From Candidatus Multivoradales bacterium (lineage in GTDB: Bacteria > Acidobacteriota > Thermoanaerobaculia > Multivoradales > JAHEKO01), in the NCBI GenBank assembly GCA_965248055.1, contig CBDFIJ010000004.1:2528001-2592000 (forward strand): a stretch of DNA of 64,000 bases. The letters are read 5' to 3'. Positions 30,432 to 39,602 of this stretch are shown here, in pieces. A program made the position numbers and the translations under genes. Every line of letters begins with the position of its first letter. Position 1 is the stretch's first letter. The notes under the pieces were generated by a model. The model had not been told where the DNA came from, made no database searches, and saw nothing but the letters and a program-made list of their open reading frames with translations.

Positions 30432-31772
30432 GTGAGAAAGTCCATAACTATGCGCCCGGTGGTTATTGCCTGTTGCGTGGTTGCGGCAACGGTCGCTGCC
30501 TGTGCCACCCTCGATTTGCAGCCCTCGCCTGCGAGTTCCAACGTCGACTCGAGCTTGACGCCGGTGGTGTTTATTCCGGGGATGACTGGAACCAAGTTAG
30601 TCGACCCAGCAACCGGAAAGATGTTGTGGGGTTCGGCGACCCAACTACTGCGTCCCCGAGATGGTGGCTACAGCGTTGCCCTACCGGTGGGCTATGGGGA
30701 GTTGATGAAATCTCGGTTGCGTGCGACCTCACCGATCCTGCGCATGAGGCTGTTGACTTGGAGCAAGCCGATCTATCAACCGATCGTCGACCGCTTGACT
30801 CAGGGAGGCTATCGGCTCGGTCGCCTTGAAGCCCCTGATACCGACGACAGTTTGTTCTTTTTTAACTACGACTGGCGTGCCGACAACCTGCTCACGGTGC
30901 GTCAATTGGATCGACAGTTGGAGGCGTTGCGACAAGCCCATGGCGGCGAGGTTGCGGTCGATCTGGTCTGTCAGAGTAACGCTGCCAAGATCTGCCGTTA
31001 TTTGGCCAAATATGGTGCCCTACCCTTAGACCAGGCGGAACAAGGAGTACAGCCAAAGAGTCGTTACCAGATCCGCAAACTGGTTCTGGCTGGTGCTTCG
31101 AACAATGGGTCGATCCGCGTCTTGGAGTTGTTGATTCACGGACGCAGCTACATCCCGGTTGTCGGACGACGACTGCTGCCCGAGACCTTTTTCACCCTCA
31201 GACCGTTGTTTGATGATCTTCCGCCGGAGCGCAAAGATTTGTTCTTTGATCGCCAGGGGGAGTCGCTACCGGTAGATCTGTTCAACCCACAGATGTGGCG
31301 AGAGTATGGCTGGTCGATTTTTGGCAAGGCCGAAACGGCGCGCGTGGCGAAGCGGGGTCGTAGCGACCTGTTCGGCAATGCCCAGGAGCGGTTTCGTTAC
31401 TTGGCTCAACGTCTTGACCGCTCACAAAGACTGCACCGTTTACTGCAGATCGAGTCGCCGTGGTTTCCTAATGTGGACTACTACCGACTGGAGAATCAAT
31501 CCGTTCCAACAGTCGACCGTGCCTTGCTGACTCAGCAAGACGGCGTCTGGCAAACGGTCTTTCCCGAGGATGACTTGATCCAAGACGATCCGTTGCTGTT
31601 TGAACTGGCCACGGTACCCGGTGACGGCCATGCAACCTTGGCCAGCCAACGGTACCTGTCCGGCCAAGAGAGCGCTGCGATGAAGGGGACGGCGATGGTC
31701 GAAGGTGGCCATTTCGAAATGGTGGTTGAGCCCCCCGGACTCCAAGCCTTGACTTCCTTCTTGCAGGATTAG
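30432..31772 (+). CDS. lipoprotein, paralogous alpha/beta hydrolase with atypical nucleophile elbow
   Basis: Lipobox VAAC, FIPGMTGTKL, FNYDWR, CQSNAA, GDGHA, HFEM motifs. Confidence 0.75.
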   Translation: MRKSITMRPVVIACCVVAATVAACATLDLQPSPASSNVDSSLTPVVFIPGMTGTKLVDPATGKMLWGSATQLLRPRDGGYSVALPVGYGELMKSRLRATSPILRMRLLTWSKPIYQPIVDRLTQGGYRLGRLEAPDTDDSLFFFNYDWRADNLLTVRQLDRQLEALRQAHGGEVAVDLVCQSNAAKICRYLAKYGALPLDQAEQGVQPKSRYQIRKLVLAGASNNGSIRVLELLIHGRSYIPVVGRRLLPETFFTLRPLFDDLPPERKDLFFDRQGESLPVDLFNPQMWREYGWSIFGKAETARVAKRGRSDLFGNAQERFRYLAQRLDRSQRLHRLLQIESPWFPNVDYYRLENQSVPTVDRALLTQQDGVWQTVFPEDDLIQDDPLLFELATVPGDGHATLASQRYLSGQESAAMKGTAMVEGGHFEMVVEPPGLQALTSFLQD

Positions 31773-31886
31773 CCGTTCTTGCTGGGCGCTGAAGCCCCTG
31801 TCTCAACGTTGTGGTCGCGAACCCAAATTGGATGCCAAAGAAAACTGGGAGTGGCCGCATTTGCCGCTGGCCGTACAATGGTCCCC

Positions 31887-33047
31887 ATGTCTGTTTCACG
31901 GCTGGAGCACATCACCAAGATCGGGGTCGAAGACTTTGGCGCCTTGGCCGACGAACTCAACGACCCTGAGATTCTGCGGCTAGAGAATCTCGATACCGAT
32001 CTGCGCCCTCCACAGTCCGCCGTCCTGGCGACTCAAGCCGCTGTGGAGGAGGATGTGGCAAACAGCTACCTGCCCTTTGTTGGCTCGAACGAATTGCGGC
32101 GTGCCGCCACCGGGTTGGTGGGTCAGCAGTCCGGAGTCAGCTACCATTGGCAAGCCCAGTCCTTGATCACTGCGGGGGGTCTCTCAGGGATTTTGAACGT
32201 TTTGCTGGCGACGTTGGAGCCCGGTGATGAGGTCTTGATGACCGACCCGATCTACGTCGGCTTGATAAATCGTGTTCGTTTGGCTGGCGGGGTTCCCCGA
32301 TTTGTGCCGTTGATTCCGAGCGATGAAGGATGGCGATTGGATCTGGAAGCGCTGCAACAGATTGATCCGAAACCAGTTCGTGCAGCGTTGATGATGAGTC
32401 CATCGATGCCAACCGGGGCGGTTTTCAATCGACAAGAATGGCGGGCTGTGGTCGATTTCTGTGTCGAGGCAGACTGTTGGTTGATCAACGACTCTGCGAT
32501 GGAGCGGATTTTGTTCGACCAGTGTGCCGTGATTCACCCAGCGTCCTACCCAGAGATCGTCGAACGGGTGATCACGGTAGGTTCGGCCTCGAAGGAATAC
32601 CGCATGATTGGTTGGCGTGTTGGTTGGGTCGTCGGGCCGGAATCTTTGCTTGCCGATGTTTCTAGAGTCAGTATCACCAACGTCTGCTGTCAGTCAGGGA
32701 TCGGCATGGCCGGGGTTGCCGCCGCGATCACCGATCCCGACCCGGGGATCGAGGATTGTGTTGTTCGCTGGCAGGCGCGTCGCGATCTGATGCTCAACGA
32801 ACTCGAGGGTTTGCCGGTAGTTCCACCGCATGGCGGCTGGTCAATGCTGCTGAACGTCAATCAGCTTGGATTTGGTGCCGCAGAAGCGGCGAATCGTCTA
32901 GTGCAAGCGGGGAAAGTGGCAGTCACGCCGATGGTCAATTGGGGTAGCGAGACAGCCAGTCAATATGTCCGCTTTGTTTTTTCCAATGAATCGCGGCAGC
33001 GGCTGTGTGGCGCAGGACAGCGGATCGCGATGGCCCTCGATCGGTAG
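31887..33047 (+). CDS. PLP-dependent aminotransferase class I/II
   Basis: SPSMPTG, NDSAMERI, SASKEYRMIGWRVGW, VRFVFS motifs. ATG at 31887. Confidence 0.88.
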   Translation: MSVSRLEHITKIGVEDFGALADELNDPEILRLENLDTDLRPPQSAVLATQAAVEEDVANSYLPFVGSNELRRAATGLVGQQSGVSYHWQAQSLITAGGLSGILNVLLATLEPGDEVLMTDPIYVGLINRVRLAGGVPRFVPLIPSDEGWRLDLEALQQIDPKPVRAALMMSPSMPTGAVFNRQEWRAVVDFCVEADCWLINDSAMERILFDQCAVIHPASYPEIVERVITVGSASKEYRMIGWRVGWVVGPESLLADVSRVSITNVCCQSGIGMAGVAAAITDPDPGIEDCVVRWQARRDLMLNELEGLPVVPPHGGWSMLLNVNQLGFGAAEAANRLVQAGKVAVTPMVNWGSETASQYVRFVFSNESRQRLCGAGQRIAMALDR

Positions 33048-33087
33048 CGTCCATCAAGGCGCATCGCGTCATTCTTGAAGACAAACG

Positions 33088-33116
33088 AAAACCGGCGACT
33101 CCGGGGAGCCGCCGGT
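33088..33116 (-). terminator. intrinsic terminator after the TonB-dependent receptor
   Basis: Minus strand ACCGGCGGCTCC-cc-GGAGTCGCCGGT followed by TTTcgTTT. Confidence 0.65.
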
Positions 33117-33166
33117 GGAAATCCGGATTGCGGTCGGACAAGTGCCTTACGACACTTTTAACGTGT

Positions 33167-36118
33167 TCAGTCCCAAGCGGTCTTGAAGTTGTACTTCACC
33201 CGAGCGTACCAAAAGGAACCGTTGAACCCGAACGGAGAAAACTGGCTGTAGAGGTTGCCGACGCCGGCGCGCGCACCAGGGTTTTCTTCCGGTGTGGTGT
33301 CAAAAATATTCTGCCCACCGATCACAAATGTGGTCGCATCGTTGAACTTGTAAGCGCCCTCAAGATCGACCAGATACTCACCACCGTAGACATTGCCATC
33401 CTCTGAGTCGTACCAATCATCGTAGTAGCTCAAGCGTCCGAGGACTCTCCAAGCATCGTTGATATGGTGGTTGGCTGACAAATTCCAGCGGGTTTCCGGC
33501 AGCGCTTCTTGCAGCTCGCGAATACGGGTCGCGTCCAAGGTCGCTGGGTTGAACTGGGTAACGTCGGTCGTAGTGTTGTTGAACAACAGACTGAAAATCG
33601 TGTCGCCTCCTAGCGCCGGAGGCGCGTAGGTTGCGACTACGTCAACACCGCTGGTCTCGGTATCGAAGTCATTGGTGAAGAAGCGAAAATTTTGCAGATT
33701 GGCAGCGCTAGTGATGCCCTCCGCTACCAATTGATTAACCTCGGTTGGACTCAACGAAAATAGCTGCGTTACCGCAAGACGATCATCAAGTTCGATCTGA
33801 AAAAAGTCAACCGTCAGTGAGAACGGTCCACTCTCATAGATCCCGCCGATTGCCAAATTCGTGGACTCTTCCGCCGTCAGAGGCTCACCCCCACGTAATT
33901 GCGCAACCCGCGAAGAAGACGGGATGGTGCCGTTGTTGACCAAGTCCATCAACACCAAATCGAACTCGGTCGAGACGTTGAAGGCGTTGGATTGACCTGG
34001 AGTCGGAGCGCGGAACCCGGTGCTGAAGCTGCCGCGTAACTGGAAGTCGTCCGTCAGCTTGACCCGGCCTGAAAGTTTGCCGTTGGTGGTGGTGCCGAAG
34101 TCCTCAAAGTCCTCGAAGCGTGCTGCTACGCCAACCATCCATTTGTCGTCGCCGCTGGTACGCTCAAGATCACCATAAACGGCATAGTTGCTACGACTCC
34201 AGTTACCAGCCGCGATCGGACCAAAACCCGGGAAGCCGTTGGATGCTGCACTGAAGCCCTGGTCGGCCAGAGGGCCAATCTGGTACGACTCCAATTGGCC
34301 GATACCAATGGTGAACTCTTCGTCGCGATACTCGAAACCGCCAGCCACGTTGGTGCGGTCGTTCAGAGCGTAGGACAAATCAAAGTTGAGGTTGAGCTCT
34401 TGTTGCTCGTACGAACCCGGATCAAAGGTGGTCGGAGTGTCGGGGCCGAGGCTGGCGTTCACCGTATTAAAGATGAAGAAATCAACCTCATTGGTACCCG
34501 AGCTGACACTTGCGTCCCATGAGAGGCCACCGTCGGTGTGTCCACGCAATCCGGCGAGGATCGAGGTATCCGTCAAATCGCCACCGAAGTTGGGGGTGAA
34601 ACCACCGGGAAACAGCTCCTGAAAACTGAAACAGTTGGGATTGGCAAATACCTCAGCCAGAGTGGTTGGGTCGGGGATGTTGTTGGTGACATTGACCACC
34701 GGGCAACCCGCCGAACCGTCCAAGATGCCGTCCTGAGCATCCAACAGGTCGCCGATCAAGAGAGTGTCGCCACCGTCGCCACTAAACACCGAACCACGGT
34801 TGTTGGGGTTCCGAAAGTAGAAGCCGCCGGTTACCTTCTTGCTGACGTAGTTGGTGTGGCCGTAGAACTGTTGACCACCGTCGAACAAATAGCCGAAGTT
34901 GCCCCAAAGTTTGAGGTCATCTTCGACCTCCGGCGATCCCCAGATTTGCGCTGGATTGGCTACCGCGCTATTTCCTGCGGCGATCAGTCCGGCGGCGTCA
35001 TCGCGTTGCACGCTGCGGTCGGTGGGGTCCGAGTTGCCGAACTCGACGCTAAAGTTCGCGAAACCATATTCACCCCAAGGCACACCAAAGTTTGCAGCGA
35101 CGGACATTGCGTCACCGTCGCCCTCGGTGTAGCCACCAGTGCGGACCTCGACGCTACCGCCACTGCGGTCGTCCTTAAGTTGAAAATTCATCACGCCAGC
35201 AATCGCGTCTGAACCGTACTGCGCCGATGCGCCGTCACGGAGCACTTCCACCTGACGCAAGGCAATGGCAGGAATTGCCGAAATGTCAGGGCCTTGGGCG
35301 CCATCGGCGACACCGTTGCCCAGCCAGTAAATTACCGCCGCACGATGGCGGCGCTTGCCGTTGACCAAAACTAGAGTGTGGTCAGGAGCGAGGTTGCGCA
35401 AATTGGCTGGGCGCACCACTGTCGCTGCGTCGCTGATCGGTTGCGTATTGACAGAATACGAAGGAGCGAGAGTCCGCAGAAGCGTACTGAGGTCGGTGTC
35501 GCCTTGGTTGCTGAAATCCTCAGCGGAAATAACGTCCACCGGCACTGCGGATTCGGTGACCGAGCGCGGTTGCGCGCGGCTACCGATAACCACAACCTCG
35601 CCGGTAAACCCTTCGTCGGTATCAGCGTCGTCATCGACAGCCGCATCTGCTGCGTCGGCGACATCATCATCCGCCACTTCTTCCGCCGCTTCCTCGGTTG
35701 CTTCGGTCGCGTCTGACGCCATCTCTTCAGCGTCGTCAGCCATGTCTGCCGTATCTGCTGCGTCGGCGACATCATCATCCGCCACTTCTTCCGCCGCTTC
35801 CTCGGTTGCTTCGACCGCGTCTGACGCCATCTCTCCAGCGTCATCAGCCATGTCTGCCGCATCAGCTTCGGCATCCTGTGCCATTTCTTCAGCTTCCTCA
35901 GCCATTTCCTCAGCGACTTCGGCCATCTCCTCAGCAGCTTCGGCCATTTCCTCAGCCGCCTCAGTCATCTCCTCGGCGGCTTCAGCCATTTCTTCAACAG
36001 CTTCCTCGACCTCTTCCGCGGCGTCATCTTGGGCCGAAACCATCGGCGCAAGGCCGAAGATCAGCACCAGCGAAAAAGCTACGATCAGCCATCTATTCTC
36101 AATTCTCAATCCAAACAT
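33167..36118 (-). CDS. TonB-dependent receptor with long acidic N-terminal extension
   Basis: TonB box/plug (EVVVIGSR, VPVDVI, TLVLVNGKRRH, VEVLRDGASAQYGSDAIAGV), STGFRAP, terminal WYARVKYNF. Confidence 0.92.
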   Translation of the reverse strand: MFGLRIENRWLIVAFSLVLIFGLAPMVSAQDDAAEEVEEAVEEMAEAAEEMTEAAEEMAEAAEEMAEVAEEMAEEAEEMAQDAEADAADMADDAGEMASDAVEATEEAAEEVADDDVADAADTADMADDAEEMASDATEATEEAAEEVADDDVADAADAAVDDDADTDEGFTGEVVVIGSRAQPRSVTESAVPVDVISAEDFSNQGDTDLSTLLRTLAPSYSVNTQPISDAATVVRPANLRNLAPDHTLVLVNGKRRHRAAVIYWLGNGVADGAQGPDISAIPAIALRQVEVLRDGASAQYGSDAIAGVMNFQLKDDRSGGSVEVRTGGYTEGDGDAMSVAANFGVPWGEYGFANFSVEFGNSDPTDRSVQRDDAAGLIAAGNSAVANPAQIWGSPEVEDDLKLWGNFGYLFDGGQQFYGHTNYVSKKVTGGFYFRNPNNRGSVFSGDGGDTLLIGDLLDAQDGILDGSAGCPVVNVTNNIPDPTTLAEVFANPNCFSFQELFPGGFTPNFGGDLTDTSILAGLRGHTDGGLSWDASVSSGTNEVDFFIFNTVNASLGPDTPTTFDPGSYEQQELNLNFDLSYALNDRTNVAGGFEYRDEEFTIGIGQLESYQIGPLADQGFSAASNGFPGFGPIAAGNWSRSNYAVYGDLERTSGDDKWMVGVAARFEDFEDFGTTTNGKLSGRVKLTDDFQLRGSFSTGFRAPTPGQSNAFNVSTEFDLVLMDLVNNGTIPSSSRVAQLRGGEPLTAEESTNLAIGGIYESGPFSLTVDFFQIELDDRLAVTQLFSLSPTEVNQLVAEGITSAANLQNFRFFTNDFDTETSGVDVVATYAPPALGGDTIFSLLFNNTTTDVTQFNPATLDATRIRELQEALPETRWNLSANHHINDAWRVLGRLSYYDDWYDSEDGNVYGGEYLVDLEGAYKFNDATTFVIGGQNIFDTTPEENPGARAGVGNLYSQFSPFGFNGSFWYARVKYNFKTAWD
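35645..35860 (-). repeat. 108-nt (36-aa) intragenic tandem duplication
   Basis: ATCTGCTGCGTCGGCGACATCATCATCC... begins at both 35645 and 35753. Encodes ADxADMADDAxEMASDAxEATEEAAEEVADDDVADA twice. Confidence 0.9.
35880..36000 (-). repeat. 21-nt (7-aa, EEMAEAA-type) degenerate tandem repeats
   Basis: Protein EEMAEAA EEMTEAA EEMAEAA EEMAEVA EEMAEEA EEMAQDA. Confidence 0.85.
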
Positions 36119-36444
36119 CTAGACCTCCTTCAATCTCCATTAACACGCGAACAGTGTGCGACGACTTTCTACGCGAAGGCGTGACACTGTTAGCGATGCG
36201 GTTCCGTTCATTGACACGTTGCCGCACGCTACAGACGGTGGTAACAAATTGTCAAGGCAAATGGTCGCCTGAGTAAATAGGAGTTGTGTATCGGAGTTAA
36301 CGCTTGGAGTCGCCTCGGTCAATGGCGGCAACCCACCTCGAAGTATTTCTTTTTATTCGTGAATGCTGCGAAGGCGACACCGAGTTCGACAATCCAGGCA
36401 GGGCCGAGGGTCAGAAACAGCCTAATTTGATAGATACGGGACAT

Positions 36445-36520
36445 TGGTGGAGCCGATCGGGATCGAACCGACGACCTCCTGAATGCCATTCAGGCGCTCT
36501 CCCAACTGAGCTACGGCCCC
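36445..36520 (-). tRNA. tRNA-Ala(GGC)
   Basis: Reverse complement GGGGCCGTAGCTCAGTTGGGAGAGCGCCTGAATGGCATTCAGG...GGTTCGATCCC...CTCCACCA, 76 nt, anticodon GGC. Confidence 0.97.
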
Positions 36521-36677
36521 ACGGGGTCGATGAGTGTATGAAGGGGTTGGGGTGGTGTCAACGCTGCGGCAAAACCTCGGGCAGTGGCAAAGTCGACCTT
36601 GTGGTCTGATATCTTGAGAGCTGGAGGATTTGGGCGATTGCTCGGTGGGGTGAGTGCTGAAATCAACCGAGTTAGCG

Positions 36678-36893
36678 ATGCCGATTTACGAGTATATTTG
36701 CCCAGAATGCCAGACGCGGCGCGAGGAGTTGCAGCGGCTCGGTGAGGACGGGCAAGAGCTCAAGTGCGACGACTGCGGTCGTGTGGGCCTGGAGAAACAG
36801 TTTTCGGTTTTTGCTGCTGGTGAAACCAGCGGATCTGCATCGATGAGCAGCGGTGGTTCCTGTGGTGGCGGTTCGGGGTTTACCTGAGGTTGA
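36678..36893 (+). CDS. FmdB-family zinc-ribbon protein, probable C-terminal selenocysteine (ends at 36887 if UGA is a stop)
   Basis: MPIYEYICPEC...CDDCG...FSVF. Ends CGGGSGFT-TGA-GGT-TGA with a hairpin downstream. Confidence 0.85.
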
Positions 36894-36921
36894 GATGACG
36901 CAGCGACCGGGTTGTTGCTGC
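36888..36921 (+). promoter_or_regulatory. candidate bacterial SECIS hairpin
   Basis: GCAGCGAC-cggguu-GUUGCUGC. The loop starts 20 nt after the UGA and has G at its second position. Confidence 0.55.
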
Positions 36922-36971
36922 TCGTGGCTAGGGTTTGGTTCGAGGTCACAGACGTGTGTTACGATTTCTTG

Positions 36972-36993
36972 AATCGGATATCGCCATGCGCTT
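36972..36993. promoter_or_regulatory. candidate Rrf2-family operator (copy 1, upstream of the eNOR-type operon)
   Basis: AATCGGAT-atcgcc-ATGCGCTT. Same geometry as the sites at 40614 and 48296. Confidence 0.5.
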
Positions 36994-37021
36994 ACAGTAT
37001 TAACAGAAGGAGATAGATACT

Positions 37022-37222
37022 ATGGATGACGATTCAAGAGACGAGGTTATGACTTCGGCTACCGAATCAGTGCAAGAGGCACAGCCGCCTGTTCCTTTGG
37101 GGCAGCGGTTGTTTGATCGACCGTTCTTGCTGCTGGTGTTGGGCCTGGTGGTGATGTTTGTCTTCTATACCGGTTGGGGGATGGTGGAAGTGATGATGCT
37201 TCCGGACGCGCCACTGCCCTGA
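37022..37222 (+). CDS. small single-TM protein, subunit IIa-like partner of B-family-derived heme-copper oxidase
   Basis: AGAAGGAG RBS. PLGQRLFDRPFLLLVLGLVVMFVFYTGWG. First gene of the oxidase operon. Confidence 0.65.
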   Translation: MDDDSRDEVMTSATESVQEAQPPVPLGQRLFDRPFLLLVLGLVVMFVFYTGWGMVEVMMLPDAPLP

Positions 37223-37314
37223 GCTTGTTGTACTGGCCATGTTGCATGGTTGGGTTGCCCTAAATGACTGACTTGAGAAAGTAGAGAGCTGATGGAGAAG
37301 AAGGAGGTTCGAGG

Positions 37315-37884
37315 ATGAGTTGGCACACAGCCATCGTTGCGCCGACCGGGGTGTGGTGGAAGCCCGCTGGTCGGCAAGAAAAAGTTTGGATTGCAGTGGC
37401 CTTTGTCTGGTGCATGGTTCTGTTCGCGATGATGCCTCTGTGGCACATCCGCGGTGGACAGAATCCATCGGGGATTCGCAGCAAAGTAACGCCAAAAGCG
37501 TTTGCCGAGCGCACTGCGCGATTCATCGCTGATTATCAAGTTGGCGAAGACGGTGGGTTTCCGCTCGTGGCACCGCCGCCAGGGTCTGACGTCTATATGC
37601 AGGCGACCATGTGGCAGTGGACCCCGGTTTTGCGCCTACAAGAGGGTGCGAGTTACACCATTCACATGTCGGCCTTGGATGTGAATCACGGGTTTAGCCT
37701 GTATCCGGCGAACGTCAATTTTCAGATCATTCCTGGCTATGACTACGGCCTCAAGATGACGCCCAACTCACCAGGCGAGTACAAGATTATTTGTAACGAG
37801 TTCTGCGGGATTGGACATCACCGGATGTTGGGCAAGATCATCGTTGAGCCACGTTCTGCTGGGTCTGAGGAGGCGGCATCATGA
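37315..37884 (+). CDS. heme-copper oxidase subunit II (CuA), single TM
   Basis: DVNHGF and CNEFCGIGHHRM CuA ligands. Confidence 0.92.
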   Translation: MSWHTAIVAPTGVWWKPAGRQEKVWIAVAFVWCMVLFAMMPLWHIRGGQNPSGIRSKVTPKAFAERTARFIADYQVGEDGGFPLVAPPPGSDVYMQATMWQWTPVLRLQEGASYTIHMSALDVNHGFSLYPANVNFQIIPGYDYGLKMTPNSPGEYKIICNEFCGIGHHRMLGKIIVEPRSAGSEEAAS

Positions 37885-39602
37885 CCAAATTCACTGATTT
37901 TGTCTTTCGCCGCTGCCCGGTTACCGGTTTGAAGATTGATCGCACTGCCGAAAAGTTGATTCAGATCAACGCGGTGGTGGCGATTGTCATGTTCTTGTTT
38001 GGCGTAGTGGCTGCCTTGCTGCTGGCGTTGACCCGCTGGCAGGCGGTTCATTTGCTGCCCGCGGACTGGTACTACCGTTTGCTGACGCTGCACGGTCTCA
38101 ACATGTTGATCTTTTTCATCATTTTCTTTGAGATGGCGGTGCTTTACTTTGCCGGGCCGGTGACCCTCAACAGCAGGCTGCCAGCGCCCAAGGTGGGTTG
38201 GATCGGCTTAGGATTGATGGTGATCGGGGCGGTGATGGTGGACTGGATGGTTTTGGCCGGTAAAGCGGATGTGCTTTTTACTTCGTATGTGCCGTTGCGG
38301 GCCGATCCTAATTACTACCTTGGGATCATTCTTTTTGCGGTGGGAGCCCTGATTGTGGTCGGCCATTTCTTTGCCGCACTGGTGGTTGCCAAGCGCGAGA
38401 AGTCCTACGAAGGATCGATCCCGCTGGTCACTTTTGGTGGACTGACGGCGGCGATTATTGCCGTGATCACCTTGCTGCATGGTGCCATTGTCTACATTCC
38501 GACCTATCTTTGGTCCTTGGGGCTGATGCACATGGACCCACAGATCTACCGCTTGATTTGGTGGGGTCTAGGTCACTCGTCGCAGCAAATTAATGTCGCG
38601 GCGATGGTCGCGGTTTGGTATCTGCTCGGTGGGCTCACGGTTGGTGCCGTGGTTTTAAACGAAAAGGTCAGCCGTTGGGCGTTTGTTCTCTACATTGCCT
38701 TTATCTCGATGGCTTCGGCGCATCATCTGTTGGTTGACCCCGGCATGGGTCCGGCGTGGAAGATTTGGAACACCAGTTACGCGATGTACCTGGCGGTTTT
38801 GGCCAGCATGATCCATGGTTTTACCGTGCCGGCCGGCCTCGAGTTGGGCCAACGGATGCAGGGGTTTGTCAAAGGTAAGTTTGAATGGCTGAAGAAGGCT
38901 CCCTGGGGTGACCCAGGGTTCTCCGGCATGTTCCTGTCGTTGATCATTTTCGGATTTCTGGGTGGCATCACGGGTGTGACGCTGGGTACCGAGCAGATCA
39001 ACATCCTGGGACACAACACTCTGCGCATCCCCGGCCACTTTCATGTCACCGTGGTTGGCGGTACCGCATTGGCGTTCATGGCTGTGACCTACTACGTCAT
39101 TCCTTTGATCTTTCAAAAGAAAGTCGCTCTGTGGAAGCTGGCCAAGATTCAGCCGTACCTGTTTGCTGCCGGTATCACCATCATGGGGATGTCGATGACT
39201 TTTGCCGGGATCTTTGGCGTGCCACGCCGTCACTGGGATATTTCGTTTTCCGATGCACCGTTTGGCATGGAGTTTCCGCCCGCGGTGGACATCATGATGG
39301 CTGGAGTAGGCCTGGGTGGTGTGCTGGCGGCAACCGCCGGCATCATCTACGTGTTGGTGGCAGTGATTTCGGTGTTCTTCGGCAGGAAGCTCGATCTGAC
39401 CCAGCTTGAGCCGGGCATGTCGGGTGTGCCGCAAGGCGTTTCCAAGCTGCCGCCTCAGGTGCAAGATGGTGTTTCCGCAGAGGAGGTCCACGACAAAGGC
39501 ACTCCTGGAACCGTTATCTTGGTCGGAGTGTTTCTCACCGTGTTTATTCTTTACTACTTCACCAACTGGAAGATGTTGGCGATGGTGTGGAAGATCGGCT
39601 AA
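37881..39602 (+). CDS. heme-copper oxidoreductase subunit I, eNOR-type nitric oxide reductase
   Basis: All six His ligands present (TLHG, GHSSQQIN, AHHL, GHFH). The H-x3-Y crosslink Tyr is replaced by Gln. Adjacent to nirS. Confidence 0.8.
   Translation: MTKFTDFVFRRCPVTGLKIDRTAEKLIQINAVVAIVMFLFGVVAALLLALTRWQAVHLLPADWYYRLLTLHGLNMLIFFIIFFEMAVLYFAGPVTLNSRLPAPKVGWIGLGLMVIGAVMVDWMVLAGKADVLFTSYVPLRADPNYYLGIILFAVGALIVVGHFFAALVVAKREKSYEGSIPLVTFGGLTAAIIAVITLLHGAIVYIPTYLWSLGLMHMDPQIYRLIWWGLGHSSQQINVAAMVAVWYLLGGLTVGAVVLNEKVSRWAFVLYIAFISMASAHHLLVDPGMGPAWKIWNTSYAMYLAVLASMIHGFTVPAGLELGQRMQGFVKGKFEWLKKAPWGDPGFSGMFLSLIIFGFLGGITGVTLGTEQINILGHNTLRIPGHFHVTVVGGTALAFMAVTYYVIPLIFQKKVALWKLAKIQPYLFAAGITIMGMSMTFAGIFGVPRRHWDISFSDAPFGMEFPPAVDIMMAGVGLGGVLAATAGIIYVLVAVISVFFGRKLDLTQLEPGMSGVPQGVSKLPPQVQDGVSAEEVHDKGTPGTVILVGVFLTVFILYYFTNWKMLAMVWKIG

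Noticed and set aside
35645-36000. CRISPR-like array
   Set aside because: The repeats are in-frame coding tandem units without unique spacers.
35355-36276. Long plus-strand ORFs (255 and 192 aa)
   Set aside because: Antisense shadows of the low-complexity repeat in the TonB-dependent receptor.
37220-37267. Sec readthrough of the small subunit UGA
   Set aside because: No convincing SECIS hairpin, and the protein looks complete at ...PLP.
37881-39602. Ordinary aa3/ba3/cbb3 oxygen reductase
   Set aside because: Lacks the HPxVY Tyr, no ccoO/ccoP is present, and the context is nirS.
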